Shown: positions 1 through 15,432 of the stretch, piece after piece
Position numbering within the stretch: the first letter of the stretch is position 1
Layout of the letters: every line of letters starts with the position of its first letter
From: the human T2T-CHM13v2.0 reference genome, Homo sapiens
NCBI RefSeq assembly: GCF_009914755.1
Contig: NC_060933.1
Direction: 5' to 3' (one strand)
DNA: 64,000 nucleotides
Position numbers and translations under genes: made by a program
The notes under the pieces: model-generated
Seen by the model: only the letters and a program-made list of their open reading frames with translations
Told to the model about the DNA's origin: nothing
Database searches by the model: none

Positions 1-196
1 GTTGATTGATGTACGTATGCTGATGACAGCTTGCAGGACGCATTCCAGGGAGTTTCATATAATGAAAAACGAAGACAAAAAAAAAAAAAAAAAACAACTC
101 AAAATAGAATTGTCAGCATATACTGTTAAATGACTGCTTGGGTCATTAGAAAAGCTTTTTATAGACATTGTTGCCTTCTCTAATAGGTTTATTAAG

Positions 197-560
197 TGAT
201 ATGGTTTGGCCCTGTGTCCCTAACCAAATCTCATCTCGAATTGTAATCCCCAGGTGTTGAGGGAAGGACCTGGTGGGAGGTGACTGGATTATGGGGGTCG
301 TTTCCCCCATGCTGATCTTGTGATAGTGGAGTCCTTATGAGATCTGGTAGTTTGATAAGTGTCTGGCATTTCCCCTGCACTCTTTGTCTCACTTGCACCA
401 TGTAAGACGTGCCTTGCCACTCCTTTGTCTTCCACTATGATTGTAAGTTTCCTGAAGCCTCACTAGCCATGCAGAACTGTGAGTGCATTAAGCCTCTTTG
501 CTTTATAAATTACCCAGTCTCGGGTAGTATCTTTATAGAAGTGTGAAAACGGACTAATAA
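197..560 (+). mobile_element. THE1D-like MaLR solo LTR
   Basis: Starts TGATATGGTTTGGC.CTGTGTCCC..CCAAATCTCATCTCGAATTGTAATCCCC and ends TTTATAAATTACCCAGTCTC.GGTAGTATCTTTATAG.AGTGTGAAAACGGACTAATA; matches the recalled THE1D consensus. Confidence 0.88.
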
Positions 561-624
561 GAGTTAACAAAGATAACAATAGGTAGTATTTACCAAGGGC
601 CCACTCTTACAGATGAGTTACTGA

Positions 625-735
625 TGTAATATCATTTAATTTTTGCAGAAATCCTGAAGCAAGTGTTTATTCTCATTTGATAGATAAGGAAACTGAGAGT
701 CAGTAGCTAAGTAAGTTGCCAGGGTCCCTCAGCCC
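625..735 (-). mobile_element. MIR SINE fragment
   Basis: MIR core in reverse: catttgatagataaggaaactgag..agtaagttgcc.agggtc. Confidence 0.65.
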
Positions 736-736
736 C

Positions 737-1228
737 TGTGGTAGGCAGAATAATGCCCCCCACCCCCCCAAAGATGTCTGTGTCCTAAGCTCCAGAACCT
801 GTGAATATGTTGGGTTACATGGAAAAGGCAGTTTGCAGACGGAATTAAGGAGGAAACAGCTGACCTCAAAAAGTGGGAGATGATCCTGGCTCATCCAGGT
901 GAGCCCAATGTAATCACAAGTGTCCTTAAAAAGTGGAAGCAGGAGGGAAGAGGAGAGTCAATGTTAAAGGAATGTGATGTGAGGAAACTCTACTGGCCAT
1001 TGCTGGCTTGGCTTTGTGGAAGAAAGCAGGCCACGAGTTGAGGAATGTGGGCAGCCTCAAGAAGCTGGAAAAGCAAGGAAACACTTTCTTCCCCAGAGTC
1101 TCAACAAGGAACAAGTCACAAGGCCCTGCTAACGCCCCAGGAGACCTGCATCAGCCTTCTGACTCTAACATAATATATTTGGTTGTCTTAAGCCACTAAA
1201 TATGGGCTGATTTGTTACAGCAGCCATT
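737..1228 (+). mobile_element. MLT1D-like MaLR solo LTR
   Basis: TGTGGTAGGCAGAATAATG..CCCCAAAGATGTC start; internal GAGGAATGTGGGCAGCCTC.AGAAGCTGGAAAA; 3' TAAGCCACTAAA..TTTGTTACAGCAGC. Confidence 0.85.
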
Positions 1229-2093
1229 GGGGGTTTTAAGGGGCAGATGGAGTTAAAAACAGAATCCGAAGTTCATCCTCTCTTCACTATGCAAAGTGAC
1301 CTCTACATTGCTTGACATATAAAAATAGAATCAGAAAAACTCTACCTAACCTCCTTAGCTATTTTCTCTCCCCGCCTTTTCCTCTTTTTCTCTTATGCTC
1401 CATTCACGTGCTTCCTTCCTCTTTCCCTTTTCCTAAATTAACAGGTTCTTGCTGTAAAAGAAATTGATTCTTCACTTCGAAGTAGGTCATTATAACAAAG
1501 GTTTTAAATCATTTGGTCCTCCCATTTGTGAAATATAGACTTCACTTTAATCTTCTGTGCACTACTAGCAGTAAAAAAAAAAACAGCCCATAACTTGTGA
1601 AAAATGGGATTTTTCCCCACCATCAGTCATCTGGACAGATATGTAAGTTTTTCACTCCCTTTTCACCCTTTGACTCACACCTGGAAGCCAGAAAGACCAG
1701 CATTCATCCACACAGGCAGTGTTTCCTCATTCTGCTCACACTTGTGGGACCAAATTTAGAAACTTAATGAAGAATAGGGTCCTAGTCGCCAAATTGGTAG
1801 GACCCCCTGGTTCCTTCCTTCCCATTATTTCTTCCAGTCTCCAGTTGCCTTAGAGCTCTTCATATGTAAGTAACTCTTCTTATTTCTCAGAACTACTAAG
1901 TTTATTTTGAAAGCTCAGCTAAGCTTGTTTGGTTGGTAAAGTTAAATAGTCAGATTTTGTACTCTGTTTCCATTTTCACCCCTGGATGCATAAGAGAGGC
2001 TCACAGATTCTCTGGAATGGCTTCTTCAGATCACCTAAGCAAATAGGGTGGGCCTACTTTCATTCAGGAGTCACATTAGATTGGACTGTTATA

Positions 2094-2465
<372 letters not shown>

Positions 2466-2529
2466 TTAGGGCCTTTTGCAATAATCACATTATACTGTAA
2501 CATCTTTTTCTTTCTCTATCTTCCTTCCC

Positions 2530-2622
2530 AGAAAGGTGGAGACATAATCTTTAGGAATGCAGGAACCATGTCACATGTTTACCATGAATTCCTAGCTCCT
2601 AGCACAGGGTACTTGACACGTA
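2530..2622 (+). mobile_element. L2 3'-end fragment
   Basis: gcaggaaccatgtc..ctagctcctagcacagggtacttgacacgta resembles the L2 3' terminus. Confidence 0.45.
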
Positions 2623-2629
2623 ACTTCAT

Positions 2630-2845
2630 ATAAACTTTGAGACCTGGTAGGCCTGGGTTCCAATCTTTGTTCTGCTACTTGCCTACTGTGTGCCCCTTGT
2701 TTAGTTACTTGGTCTCTTTGATCTGTAGTTGGTCATCTGTAAATTGGGGTGTGGAAATCTACAGTGCTATGGTAATTAAATGAGACAATAAATGTGAAGC
2801 ACCTAGCAAAGCCTTAGAATTGCACACAGTGAGTACACAATTTAA
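2630..2845 (+). mobile_element. MIR SINE
   Basis: cctgggttccaatc..ctgctacttg..agttactt..catctgtaaattgggg..attaaatgagacaataaatgtgaagcacctagca. Confidence 0.7.
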
Positions 2846-2849
2846 AAAC

Positions 2850-3240
2850 ACAGTGGTTAAAAATGTGGAACCACATTGCCCAGGTTTGAATTCTAGTGTT
2901 CTCACTTGCCATGAAAGTTACTGAATCTCACTAGACTTCAGTTTCCTCATGTATAAAATGGGTGTAATAATAGCACTTAGTCTCAGAAGGTTGTTGGATG
3001 GATTAAATGAGTTGCCAGGCACAGTGGCTCATGACTGCAGTTTTGGCTACTCCAGTGGCTGAGATGGGAGGATCTCTTGAGCCTGGGAGCTTGAGGCTGC
3101 AGTGAGCTGTGACTGTGCAACTGCATATCAGCCTGGGTGACAGAGCAAAACCCCAACTCTTAAAAAATGAGTTAACATGCATAAGGGTGCCTACATCAGG
3201 GACTTACACGTAGTAAGAATTCATTGATTGTTATTTATTA
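2850..3240 (+). mobile_element. MIR SINE interrupted by an Alu monomer
   Basis: cagtggttaa..ggtttgaattcta..tcagtttcctcatgtataaaatggg..ggattaaatgagtt, resuming after 3173. Confidence 0.75.
3014..3164 (+). mobile_element. FRAM/FAM fossil Alu monomer
   Basis: Single right-arm-type monomer (GGAGGATC.CTTGAGCCTGGGAG.TTGAGGCTGCAGTGAGC) flanked by TSD AAATGAGTT at 3005-3013 and 3165-3173. Confidence 0.85.
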
Positions 3241-4494
3241 GCAGTAATAAATAACACATTATAGAATAATGTCACGTTCTTCTGACATTCATCCCATTTT
3301 ATTTGATTTGCTCTCTTTTTTGGACCTTATAATAATACTACATGGAAGGGTAAAGTCGTTGGTTCTAAGGATTATTCCAAAATCCTCTGCTCTAAAATGT
3401 TGTGACTTATGTGAGCAAAGATGCAAAGCCGATTCTCCATCCTCATATTTTCTTGGGGCCCAAAGGGAGGGAAACTGTAATTTTGAAAAACCGTGTCCCA
3501 GAGCTAATAGAGGTAAGACTTCCTGTGGCAGAAAAAGTAATTTCCCCCCCTCCCTGGATTAGACCCAACGTTTGTAACAAATATAACTGCTGTAGGCTTT
3601 ACACTTAACAACAACAACAACATCTTTGTTTAAAAATTATATATACATATGTTTAGTTTTCTAAATAACGGCACTGCAATATGGTGCGTTGGAAATTACA
3701 GCCAGCTCTTGATTTCTTTTCATTGCAAAGAAAAATTTTGCATAACCTAAAACTGTGCTTGCATTGGAGACTGGGATTGTTAGAAATTTCATTGTTGATT
3801 GTATCTACGTGATGTTCCTTCTGAAGTTCTGTTTTCTTTGTAATGCTCTGAGTAACCTCTTTCATTCAAAGGTCACATTTGGGTTGATAAAATAAAGCCA
3901 ACCTTCAAGTCTGCCCTTTCACATAGAGGCCAAGATGTCTCCCTTTCCTGTAAACTTCCTTCTTCCATTAATATCACAGCATGTCTGAAGGTTTAAAACA
4001 AAGCTATATTTGAGTTATCCAATCACAAAAACCACATGAAAAATGTGTGTGCGTGTGAAAAACACACCCTTTCACATGCTCTACTAACTCTGAAACATCT
4101 AGATGAAATTTGAGCTGAGAACAAGCATGAGGAATTACAGAACAAGTGGTCATTGTTTTCAGCAAATCAGAAGTGCCTGGAATCAGTGTACCCTTGAGCA
4201 ACACAATGCTCTACTCCTCAAGGGCCAGAGAGCTGGATTTTTCACAGTGGCTTTCCACTTGACTCAGAGTTCCATATCTGAAAGCTCCCCAGGTGGGTGG
4301 AAGGTTTTCAGTGAACATGGGTGGAGTACAGAGAAGGCACTTTTTGAATGGGAGCAAGCTATAAAATTAGGTTGATGAAGTTCAATGACTGAACTTGTGG
4401 TGGCTTCTCTACAGGCCAAGGCCATAGAAATATAGTGTTTGTACTTAGGCAGTCATATGATGTGGTGCCTGAGCTCATGGCCTTATAGCTCATA

Positions 4495-4570
4495 AAGCGT
4501 TAGAGTGAGAAGGAACTTACAGACCATGAGTCCAACCCTCATTTACACATAAGTAGACCCAAGGTCACTC
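4495..4570 (-). mobile_element. MIR3/MIRc fragment
   Basis: ttagagtgagaaggaactta.agaccat.agtccaaccctcatttac..cccaaggtcac. Confidence 0.5.
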
Positions 4571-4961
4571 CTGCTGTGTTTGTTGTTCACATTTATTGTT
4601 TAGAGCTGGTCTCTGGCAGGAGCTCGGGGGTCCTCTCTTCTCCTTCCGCCCTGCTCTACTTCTGAAGATGAGTCAGGACATAGCTTCAGTCACTCCAACT
4701 CTAGGGAGGAAGAGATGGTGACGGCCAAGTTCTAGGACACTGAAGTGTTCACAGCACTAGATGAGGGACTGCCTTTGCATTTCCCACTCTTAGAAGCTGT
4801 TCTCTTCATTCCAGAAGCCTGGGGAAATGAGAGGGCCTGTTTCCCCAAAAGCCTTCCGGAAATTGCTGTCCAACTGGGAGAGACCAGACACAACTGCTTA
4901 TACCAATTTCCTTCTGTACAACAAAAGCCAGAGAATTCTTGTTTATTTGTTGCCCCAGAAG

Positions 4962-4964
<3 letters not shown>

Positions 4965-5006
<42 letters not shown>
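4965..5006. repeat. (GT)21 microsatellite
   Basis: Uninterrupted GT run read directly. Confidence 0.98.
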
Positions 5007-5008
<2 letters not shown>

Positions 5009-5499
5009 TGAGAGGAATTGGCATTAAGCCCTGCCTCTCTTTAGCTAGGGCTATGTCTGAAATTTAAGTTTTGGTTTTGGAGGAAAGGAGGTGTAACACT
5101 CTTTTCTAGTGTTTTCTATAGTTTGGTGCTAGACCACTTAGAGCTATAGAGGCTAAACTGAAAAGTCCATCTGTATATTTAAATCTACTTCTCTAGAGTT
5201 CCACATTAAGGTCTGAGAGCCCAGCCTGTGATCCAGCTCCAAGCCAGACCAATCTCAGCCTCAGTCTCCCTGCTAGCCGCAGTCCTGGCTGGTAATAAGA
5301 TGCTAACTTGCTTTGTCTTTGTGCAGCTTTTTGCTTCTGTGACCTTGTGGGGAGGAGTGACTGATGGAGGGAGAGTGATAGTAAGATTGGATCAGGCAGT
5401 TAAGAGCCTTGTTCTGTGTTCGTATTCTCCATCACTATCAGTTAACACCCCATTTTGGTATTACCTACATCAAAAGTGCTGGTTGGTCCTTTTGAATTA

Positions 5500-5752
5500 T
5501 AATGTTAGCAAAACCATAGAACACTTGTATGGCAGGCACCATTTTGAGAGGTCTACCTATAAGAATTCATTTAATCCTTACAACCAACCTTTGATGTAGG
5601 TATTGTTGTAATTTCCATCTATAGCTGAGGACATTGAAGCACAGAGGGGTTGTATCATTTATTTTTCCAAATGACACACCTAGTAGGTAGAGGAGTTGGG
5701 GTTCAAACCCAGGCAGTCTGACTCAGATAACACACTGGTAATCACTATAAAC
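5500..5752 (-). mobile_element. MIR SINE, near full length
   Basis: tcatttaatccttacaacc..gctgaggacattgaagcacagagggg..gggttcaaacccaggcagtctgactc. Confidence 0.8.
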
Positions 5753-5785
5753 ATTACCTATGTAGGGAAGTAAGCTGGATCGTAG

Positions 5786-6122
<337 letters not shown>

Positions 6123-6544
6123 TGCACTGCAAATGCTTACTTTTGATAGTGGCGATTATGTGTTTGTATTTGATGGCTAAGAGAGCTTATGTGACAGTCC
6201 AAAAGAGGTATAGCAAATCTGTTGGGAATTGGGCAGCTGTCAGTTCATAGCAGGTAAGGGAGCACACAGATGTACTTGAGCACATGGATATACTTGAGGT
6301 GGAACTAACTGTACACTGATAAAAGAGATATAAGAAGGAGAGAGGAGGGAGCATGGCAGGACTCAGTAGCTGCTTAGGCTTTACAGAGGTACACATACCT
6401 GCCTTTAGTTTAGTAGATGGAATACCTTGCCTCGAGAACAAAGGGATCCAACCCAATGACAGAGCCAGAAGGCTCAGGATGAAGGAGGACTTTGGAGACA
6501 ATCCAAACTGGTGTGGGGGCTGCCTGGAGCAGTTCACAGCTCAA

Positions 6545-6856
6545 TTTTGCCTATTAAAAATGCTTTATTAGTTACCAATTAAAAAATCCAGAGAACACAC
6601 AAAAACTACATTTTTCCAGGTTGTCTCGAAAGATGGAAAGATCTGGCAATGCTGGGTATCCATTCTCACTGGTCAACAATCGTCTTCACTGGGTTGCAGC
6701 TCCTCTCTTTAGATGAGGGATTAAAGTGACAGTAGGATTGGATTGGACAGTTAAGAGCCTTGTTCTGTGTTCAAATTCTCCATCACCCTACCATTTCCTG
6801 TCACCACTCACTCACATGACCTGCCTGTCCCTGCCAGCACTTGAGTAGGCAACCCT
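6545..6856 (-). mobile_element. MER102 (hAT-Charlie) non-autonomous DNA transposon
   Basis: gaaagatctggcaatgctggg..ctttagatgaggga..cactcacatgacctgcctgtccctg..cacttgagtaggcaaccct matches the recalled MER102 consensus in reverse. Confidence 0.7.
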
Positions 6857-7498
6857 TACCTCACCTTATAAATGCATAAATAGAGGACTTTTGTGGTGAG
6901 TAGTGGGAGCTAACCCAGCTTTCACTTTGGAATTCCTGTGTGAACATCTCCCCAGTCATTTTGACTCTTGGGATACATAATTTCTTATGCCATAAAGGAG
7001 CTACATGTGGCTATGACTTGGACCATCTGGGCTTTGGGTGATGTGGCTTACTGATGTTACACTGACCCCCTGCGATTGTGAATGGGCTGGTGAGATTGGT
7101 TTAACAGCAAAAGCACCAGGTATGAGAGTTTTTTGATCCTCTTTATCTTTCATGAAGCCATTTTGTTGCTGTGGCTGAGGCTTTGAACCTTGAAACACCA
7201 GGATGGGCATTAATATGGGAGAATCTCCAGAGGGAAATAAGACTGTCCTCAAGAACAGTGTGGCCACAGCCTCTGTCATTCTTTCCAATACTCTTCCCAA
7301 GATCATCCAACCATGACTGGATAATTCCCAGGAAATCCTTTGACTCTTCGGCTGAAATCTCACTGTTATTCCTAAAGCTCTTGCAAATGTACATTCTATT
7401 TTGTCTTTCCCATGCTGCTGCCCATTTCTAAATTCAAACCCTTTCATTTGTAGCTTAATGGCCTCTGCCACTACCACTTAAGAAAATGTGAATTTCTT

Positions 7499-7600
7499 TT
7501 CTTTCTGCCTAGGCTGGAGTCAAACTTTTGGACTCAAGCAATCCTCCTGCCTCAGCCTGCTAAATGGCTGGGACTACAGGCACGCACCACCGTGCCCAGC
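7499..7600 (-). mobile_element. FLAM_A-like Alu monomer, 3'-shortened
   Basis: Reverse complement GCTGGGCACGGTGGTGCGTGCCTGTAGTCCCAGC..GGAGGATTGCTTGAG..CCAGCCTAGGCA plus A-tail; TSD AAAAT(G/C)TGAATTTCTT at 7483-7498 and 7601-7616. Confidence 0.82.
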
Positions 7601-7699
7601 AAAATCTGAATTTCTTGATCCCCAACTCCTAATTTGATAAGGATAGGCAATTTTCTTTGGCCAAATTGCAAAATAAACGTATTTCCTCTGGAAGCTTTT

Positions 7700-7908
7700 T
7701 AGAGTCAAACAGATCTGAATTTGCTCTCCACTCTGCCACTTTAAAAACCTTCAAACTAGTTACTGAGCCTTTCTGATTCTGATTGGCAAGATCTGAGAGA
7801 TGGGAGTAATTTTCATCTTGCAGACTAGCTCTAGGAATGAATGTTATTAGGAACATAAAGTGTCTACTACAGTTCCAGGCGCATCAGCAGGGTTCACAGA
7901 TTTTAGTT
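7700..7908 (+). mobile_element. MIR SINE, highly diverged
   Basis: agagtcaaacagatctgaattt..ctctgccactt..agttactgagcctttctg..gtgtctactacagttccaggcgcat. Confidence 0.55.
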
Positions 7909-9321
7909 CACTGCCTCTATCATGGCCTTTTGGAGCTGATGGGGCGTAGCTTATTATGAATTGGACAGTTTATAGGTACTGTGAAGATTTCTTTGGGAAA
8001 CCAGGAGAATGGGTACCTGAGAGGAACAAAACACTTAGGGCAAGTGTTGGTCCAGCGTTTGCAGACAGGTACGGGGGCGTGGAGGAATTCCGAGTGGAGG
8101 GAAACAACAAGACGGAACTTTTACTGGTAGTAAAGGAAAGCAAAGAATACTTTTTCTTCCTTTAGTCCTCCAAAGGGCACTGACTTCCTTTTCATAGTGG
8201 ACACTCAATAAATGCTGTTGACTGACAGACCACAGAACGTTATAGAAGGTTTACAGGGCAGGGAATATAATATTAATATCCATGTGATGTTTTTACGTTT
8301 TAATTTTGGTGGAAGAAGGCTGAAGCCTGGGGCAAAAGCTAGTATTTTCATTTGTTTCACCTGAAGTTATATTGGCAGGGGCCCTCAGGGTAAAGAAGAA
8401 AAGGATTAGGTTTGGGAGTGGGAAAGGGTATGAAGAAGCTGTAATAAAATATATAAGTGCAAGAGCTTGAGGAATAAACACAGATGAATTTCAGTCAGAG
8501 AAGAGAAGGATCCGGCATAAAGACGTTTTGAGGGGAAAAAAAATACACCCGTAGGGTAGGCTTTGCTGAATAAAAAAGATAATGTGAGAAAAGTAATGAA
8601 AAACTTTTCATATCAAGTAGCTCCCTAAGAGGTGTGCAGATATTGTTGTTTTACGTTGATTGAGGCCCCACCATGTACAGGGCTGGTATCTGCGTGAAAA
8701 TCTAATGTATGAAAATACATTCGAGGGAAAAGATAAACCTAACATGCGTGGAGGCAAAGGTGAATTTTGCTGTGGCAGGTGGACATGTGTAAGAAGTGAG
8801 TAAGTGAGTGATTATTTGAGTGGTAAGGTCTTAAGCTTGGTATTTACACCATCATAATCATGACTCCTCTAAAGCAAACAAGAGAGCAGAGCTCTCAGGA
8901 AAGAAATTTGCATTTCTCATGATGGGAGTTTAATTTGTAGCATGAACATACACTGAAAATATCCTCATCTCTTGTTTGTCAGAAATGTCTCAGGAAGAGC
9001 CCCGATAAAGATACCAATATATTCTTAAAGAGTAAATTTATTTAGGGTTCCTTTGCCACCATCTGAACTCTGTTAATGATCTTATCTCTGACACAATTAT
9101 TAAGGCTAAACTCTGATAACTGTCTAAGGTCAGAAATCACAAGTACATTTTCCCCCAGTATTAAATGACACCTGATGATGACAGCCGTGAGTTAGACTGC
9201 TGAAATGAAAAGAAACTCACTAACCTTGACACTGTGATCTGAATATTGGTGAATGTTAGTTACACCACTGTCAAAGCCAAGAGATATTAGGGAATGAGGG
9301 ACTGCTAAAAAACAAAAGGGC

Positions 9322-9644
<323 letters not shown>

Positions 9645-10329
9645 AAAAAACAAAAGGGCTACTCCTGGAGTTCTGAAACTTCTAGTAGGAAAGGATTTCC
9701 CATAAACCCTCCTAGTTCAGCCCACACTCCTGGTGCTGGTGCCAGCATTCCTTCCACAACATCTCCTGCTGAAGCCTGTTTCCTCAGTGAGTATTGGGCT
9801 GGTCTAATTATTACAAACTTATTTATTTATTTATGCATTTATTTTGGAATGATTTGAAATCTACTTATCAACTCTGTATCTAACTTCCAGAATATTCCAG
9901 ACTACATCTACTTCATATGTTTACAGATAGTTGAAGATCATATTATTACTATTATTTTTATTTGTAAAAGAAACCTTATTTTCTTTAGCAATTTGCTCAA
10001 TTCTTGTTACTCTCTGCACCCTTGTATAAGTCAGGATTGACTGGGCTTTGCTGGGGTAACAACCCTATTACCAATGTTACTCGAAATTTTATTTCCTTAA
10101 TACAATTTGGGTAGTTTTCCTGTATTTTTGAGGGCTAAGATATGCAAGGTGAGGCAAAAGTCTCTATGGAGCAAAAGAATGAAGTCATGTGTTCAGTTGG
10201 TGTAAAATTATTTTCTTCTTCTATTTCCTCTGAAATGGAAGATTTTACTGAATATTGATTTTCACCTTCCTTTCTAATAACACTGTTAGTTTGCATTTGC
10301 ATAATGTGTTGTACTTTTCACATCTACTG

Positions 10330-10712
10330 AAACTTTTGCCTTTGCTGTCTCCTCTGCCTGAAAGATTCTTTCCTTGCATAGCTGCATGGCTTCCTCCCTC
10401 ATGATGACTTCCAGTTCATTCCTTAAATCTCATCTTCTCTGTCACGTCTTCTTCCAGCACTCTGTCTGACCTGGCAAAACACACAAGCAACACTCTTCAA
10501 ATAACTTCTGCTAGACACTCCTATTTCTTGTGTGAAACGCTTATCACTAACATAGTCAATGTGTTTATTTCTATACCGTGTTTATTCTCTGTCCCTTTCC
10601 ATTTAGATTAAGTTCCATGAGGGGCGGGTTTTGTTTCTTAGTCACTGTTGTATTCTCAGTTCCTGGAACCGTGCCTGGCACATATAAGTTCTGCACAAAG
10701 GTTGAGTGAATT
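10330..10712 (+). mobile_element. L2 (L2a-like) 3' end
   Basis: tttgctgtctcctctgcctgaaa..aagttccatgagggg..tcactgttgtattctcagt.cctggaaccgtgcctggcacatataag..ttgagtgaa. Confidence 0.8.
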
Positions 10713-11624
10713 TATGTGATTGTTTAACTGATATTTTTGTGGTCAAGTAAGATGGCAAGTGGCAGCAGAAGCCCTTTTCTGGTGGGTTCTTGTTTATTGT
10801 GGCCTTCTGAAGGGAGAAGGCCTCATTTCATTGGGATGTTTGGTCCTATATAAGAAGACTTAGCTCATCTCTTTATCTGTTGCTGTGGCTGAAATATTTA
10901 TATAGGCTCAGATATGGGCACTGAGTCATCCCAACCACTCAGCCTCCTTGTGTCTCCACTCTCTGGATATCCACTATCTGTCACCCTCCTGGAGAATGAG
11001 AGTAGGGGAAGATGGAAATACCACAGGAGACACCTCCTGAAGTACTCTCATACTTCGGGGGTGTCTAGGCGTGGACATTTTATAAATTATACTTCTGAAG
11101 GATTCTTAGTTATCCAAGTTGAAAAACAATAAGATAATACTACCTATATAGACAAAGAAGTGTTGGTGCTTGTCTCAGGGGTGCCCAGCTGATTAAACTT
11201 GGCGCACACAGGGCAGAGTTGGAAGCAAGAGTGAGCATGATGAAGATTCTGGAGTCTTCCAAAAACCTGATGAGAAATTCAACATGATGGATACTTTGCC
11301 TCACTCAGAAGAATAGAAGTTGACTTTGTGATGGCCATTATTAACCAAGATATTCAGGCTGACACTCTGAGCAACTACTCTTGTGTCACTGGGCTCATTT
11401 AATTGGGGGGTGGAGAGATGAGAGAAAAGAGTTAGGCAAAGAGCAAGAGGTAGCACCATGCGTTAGTTTCCTGGGGCTGCAGTAACAAACTGCCACAAAT
11501 GGGATGGCTTAAAACAGCAGAGATTTATTGTCTCACAGTTCTGGAGACTGAAAGTCTGAGATCAAGGTGTCACATGGTTAGTTCCTTCTGAGGGCTGTGA
11601 AGAAGGATCTGCTCCATGCCTCTC

Positions 11625-12284
<660 letters not shown>

Positions 12285-13559
12285 CTCTCCCTCTCTCCCA
12301 GCCTCTGGTTGTTTGCTGGAATCTTTGGTGTCTCTGGCTTCTGCTGTATCACCCGATCTCTTTCTTTACCTTGACATGGTGTTCTCCCTATGTGCTCGAC
12401 TGTGTCCAAATCTTCCCTTTAAATAAGCACACCAGATGTATTGTATCATGGGACCACCCTACTCCAGTATGACCTCATTTTAACTACTGACACCTGCAAC
12501 TACCTGATTTCCAAAGAAGGCCATGTTTTTGAGGTACTGGGAGTTAGGACTTCAACATATGGATTTTGGGGACACACTTCTAGCCATAACATACATTTCA
12601 GGCAGTTGGTGACACTGGGGGTGTTTTAGATGTGGGTGAAGGGATTCTCAGTTTCTTTCAGCTCTCAGGCAAAGCACACTTGATACGCCAATTTGTGCAT
12701 TGCTGAATTATGTAATTCACAATATGCTAAAATACAGTATGTAGAAATTTGTTATTATTTATCCCTGTGAAAACATTTCCATAATAATTCATTCTTAAAA
12801 TATGCAATTGTCTTTCTCGTCACAGTGCTGCCTGGCTAAAACGTCTCGATCAAGCCCGCATGTCCTTATTATAGGGAGTCCTGCAAACTTTCCATGTTGT
12901 AATTGGCTTATTTTGGAGAATAAGTTGATGAACATCTTTTTTTCCCCTCTATTAGTATCAGATAGTATCAGAAGCAATGGTTGTTCATTGTTTTTCGTTT
13001 ATTTATGTATCGTTTATATACTCACTCAACAAACCTTTACTGAGTCCCTGCTTCAAAGGAAAGACAAATCAGACCCTGTTCCCTTGGACCACCAGGTGCG
13101 TGGAGCCAGACACGCATGTTTACATTTCAGTAAAGTGCAAGGCACTAAGAAAAAAGTCTGGGCAGTTTTCAAGAGGAAGAAGTCTTCCTGATTGCTCTGA
13201 AATCTCACTCTACCCTCAACTAGGGACTCAAAAGTTTTCACTGGAAGGTACGGATTCTGCTGTTGTCTGCAATCTTCTCCTCTCTAGGATTCCAGGAAAC
13301 CACAGAATGAAGGTTAGGACCCTTGGTTTTAGACACTAACTTGGAGCTTTCCACATAAGCCTTTGAGCTCTCCTGGGAAATCATGATCTAATGGGCTAGA
13401 GACCCACTTTGTATGTGTGAAAAATTCCTCAATAGAAGATACCATGACAGATAAGTGAAAATCATGGTTCTAAACTGTTTACATTCAACAGATAGAGGCC
13501 AGTGTACCATGAAGCATCATGAGGCCAGATTCATTTAGTGCAAAGGATGGCACTGTTCA

Positions 13560-13867
<308 letters not shown>

Positions 13868-14911
13868 TAGAATATCTAGGCTTAATTCAATTCATCCTAC
13901 TCCTTATTTGGGCAAAGGAAAGAAAGGGTGGGAACTGTTCACAGGACAGCCCCTGAGACAGTAGCAACATGAGGGAGAGGAAGGCAATGCTCTTTGTAAG
14001 TCTTTTTTTACAAATGCCAATGCTCCCAGATATATGTTCATCTGAAGTCATTAGCATCAGCTGACAGTTTAATTAGCAGTTAATATTTTAGCAGAAATAA
14101 ACTGATGGAGTGTGAGAGGGGAATGAGGAGCACAGCGGGTTGTGAGGGTGGTGATAGTGCCAGGAAAGGCACCTTGAAGGAGAGGAGTGGAGAGGCTAAG
14201 GAGAAGGGGGTCTTACTGGGAGATGCTGTTGTTGTTTTTAATTCTGCTGCTCAAAATGTTTGTCATGTTACGGGATTGCTAAAATTTGATCTTATGTCTC
14301 CTTTTAAGGAAGTAGAACAGAAGGACTTGATATAAATTTGAGGGTGATGAGAATGTAATCTTCTCAATTATTGCAGGAGCACCTGCTCGCTTTATTACCA
14401 GAAAGTCCAGCATTTTCCTCTCCTATAAGTTTGTACAAGAGCTGCAGCAGCTGGCTCAGTTCAATAAGTAGAGGTGGTGGGTGATCATTTGACCCCCCAA
14501 CTCACTCCCGATGTGGAAGGAGCTGGATGGAGTCTATGTGGCAAGCCTACTATGACCATTGCTTCTTGCTGCCACATGATGTCACTGCTGGGGTCGAGTC
14601 TTGCACAATGTTGTTTGCCAGCCCATCATGCCCTGGAGATGGCTCCGTCACCAAGGCTACGTCTCATTCCTGTGTCTAGCAATGATCATGATGGAGGTTG
14701 TTGGCAGATGGATTATGGAGTTACCCTTTTTATTGGGTAAAAGGAAAAAAAAGCTGAGGGGGTTAGGCAAGAATTTGTGGTTTCATACCTAGCACATTTG
14801 ATAGAGAAGGCTGCTGGAGGGACAAGTACTAACAACAGCAGAAACGGGCCATAAATTAAATTATCTATGGGTTCAGGTTGGAGTGTGTCTCTGAATTATT
14901 CACTGGGGTGA

Positions 14912-15432
<521 letters not shown>

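Noticed and set aside
1-94. A-run at 77-94 as the tail of a processed pseudogene
   Set aside because: No poly(A) signal, recognisable body or TSD visible; the window edge prevents assessment.
4745-5027. ORFs with CVCVCV or HTHTHT runs
   Set aside because: Translation of the (GT)21 microsatellite.
7001-7477. Longest ORF, 158 aa on the minus strand
   Set aside because: Non-ATG start, no recognisable domain or exon structure; length is within chance expectation for 64 kb.
7499-7600. Possible BC200 or 7SL RNA gene copy
   Set aside because: Lacks BC200 diagnostic positions and unique 3' domain and lacks the 7SL S domain; fits FLAM_A.
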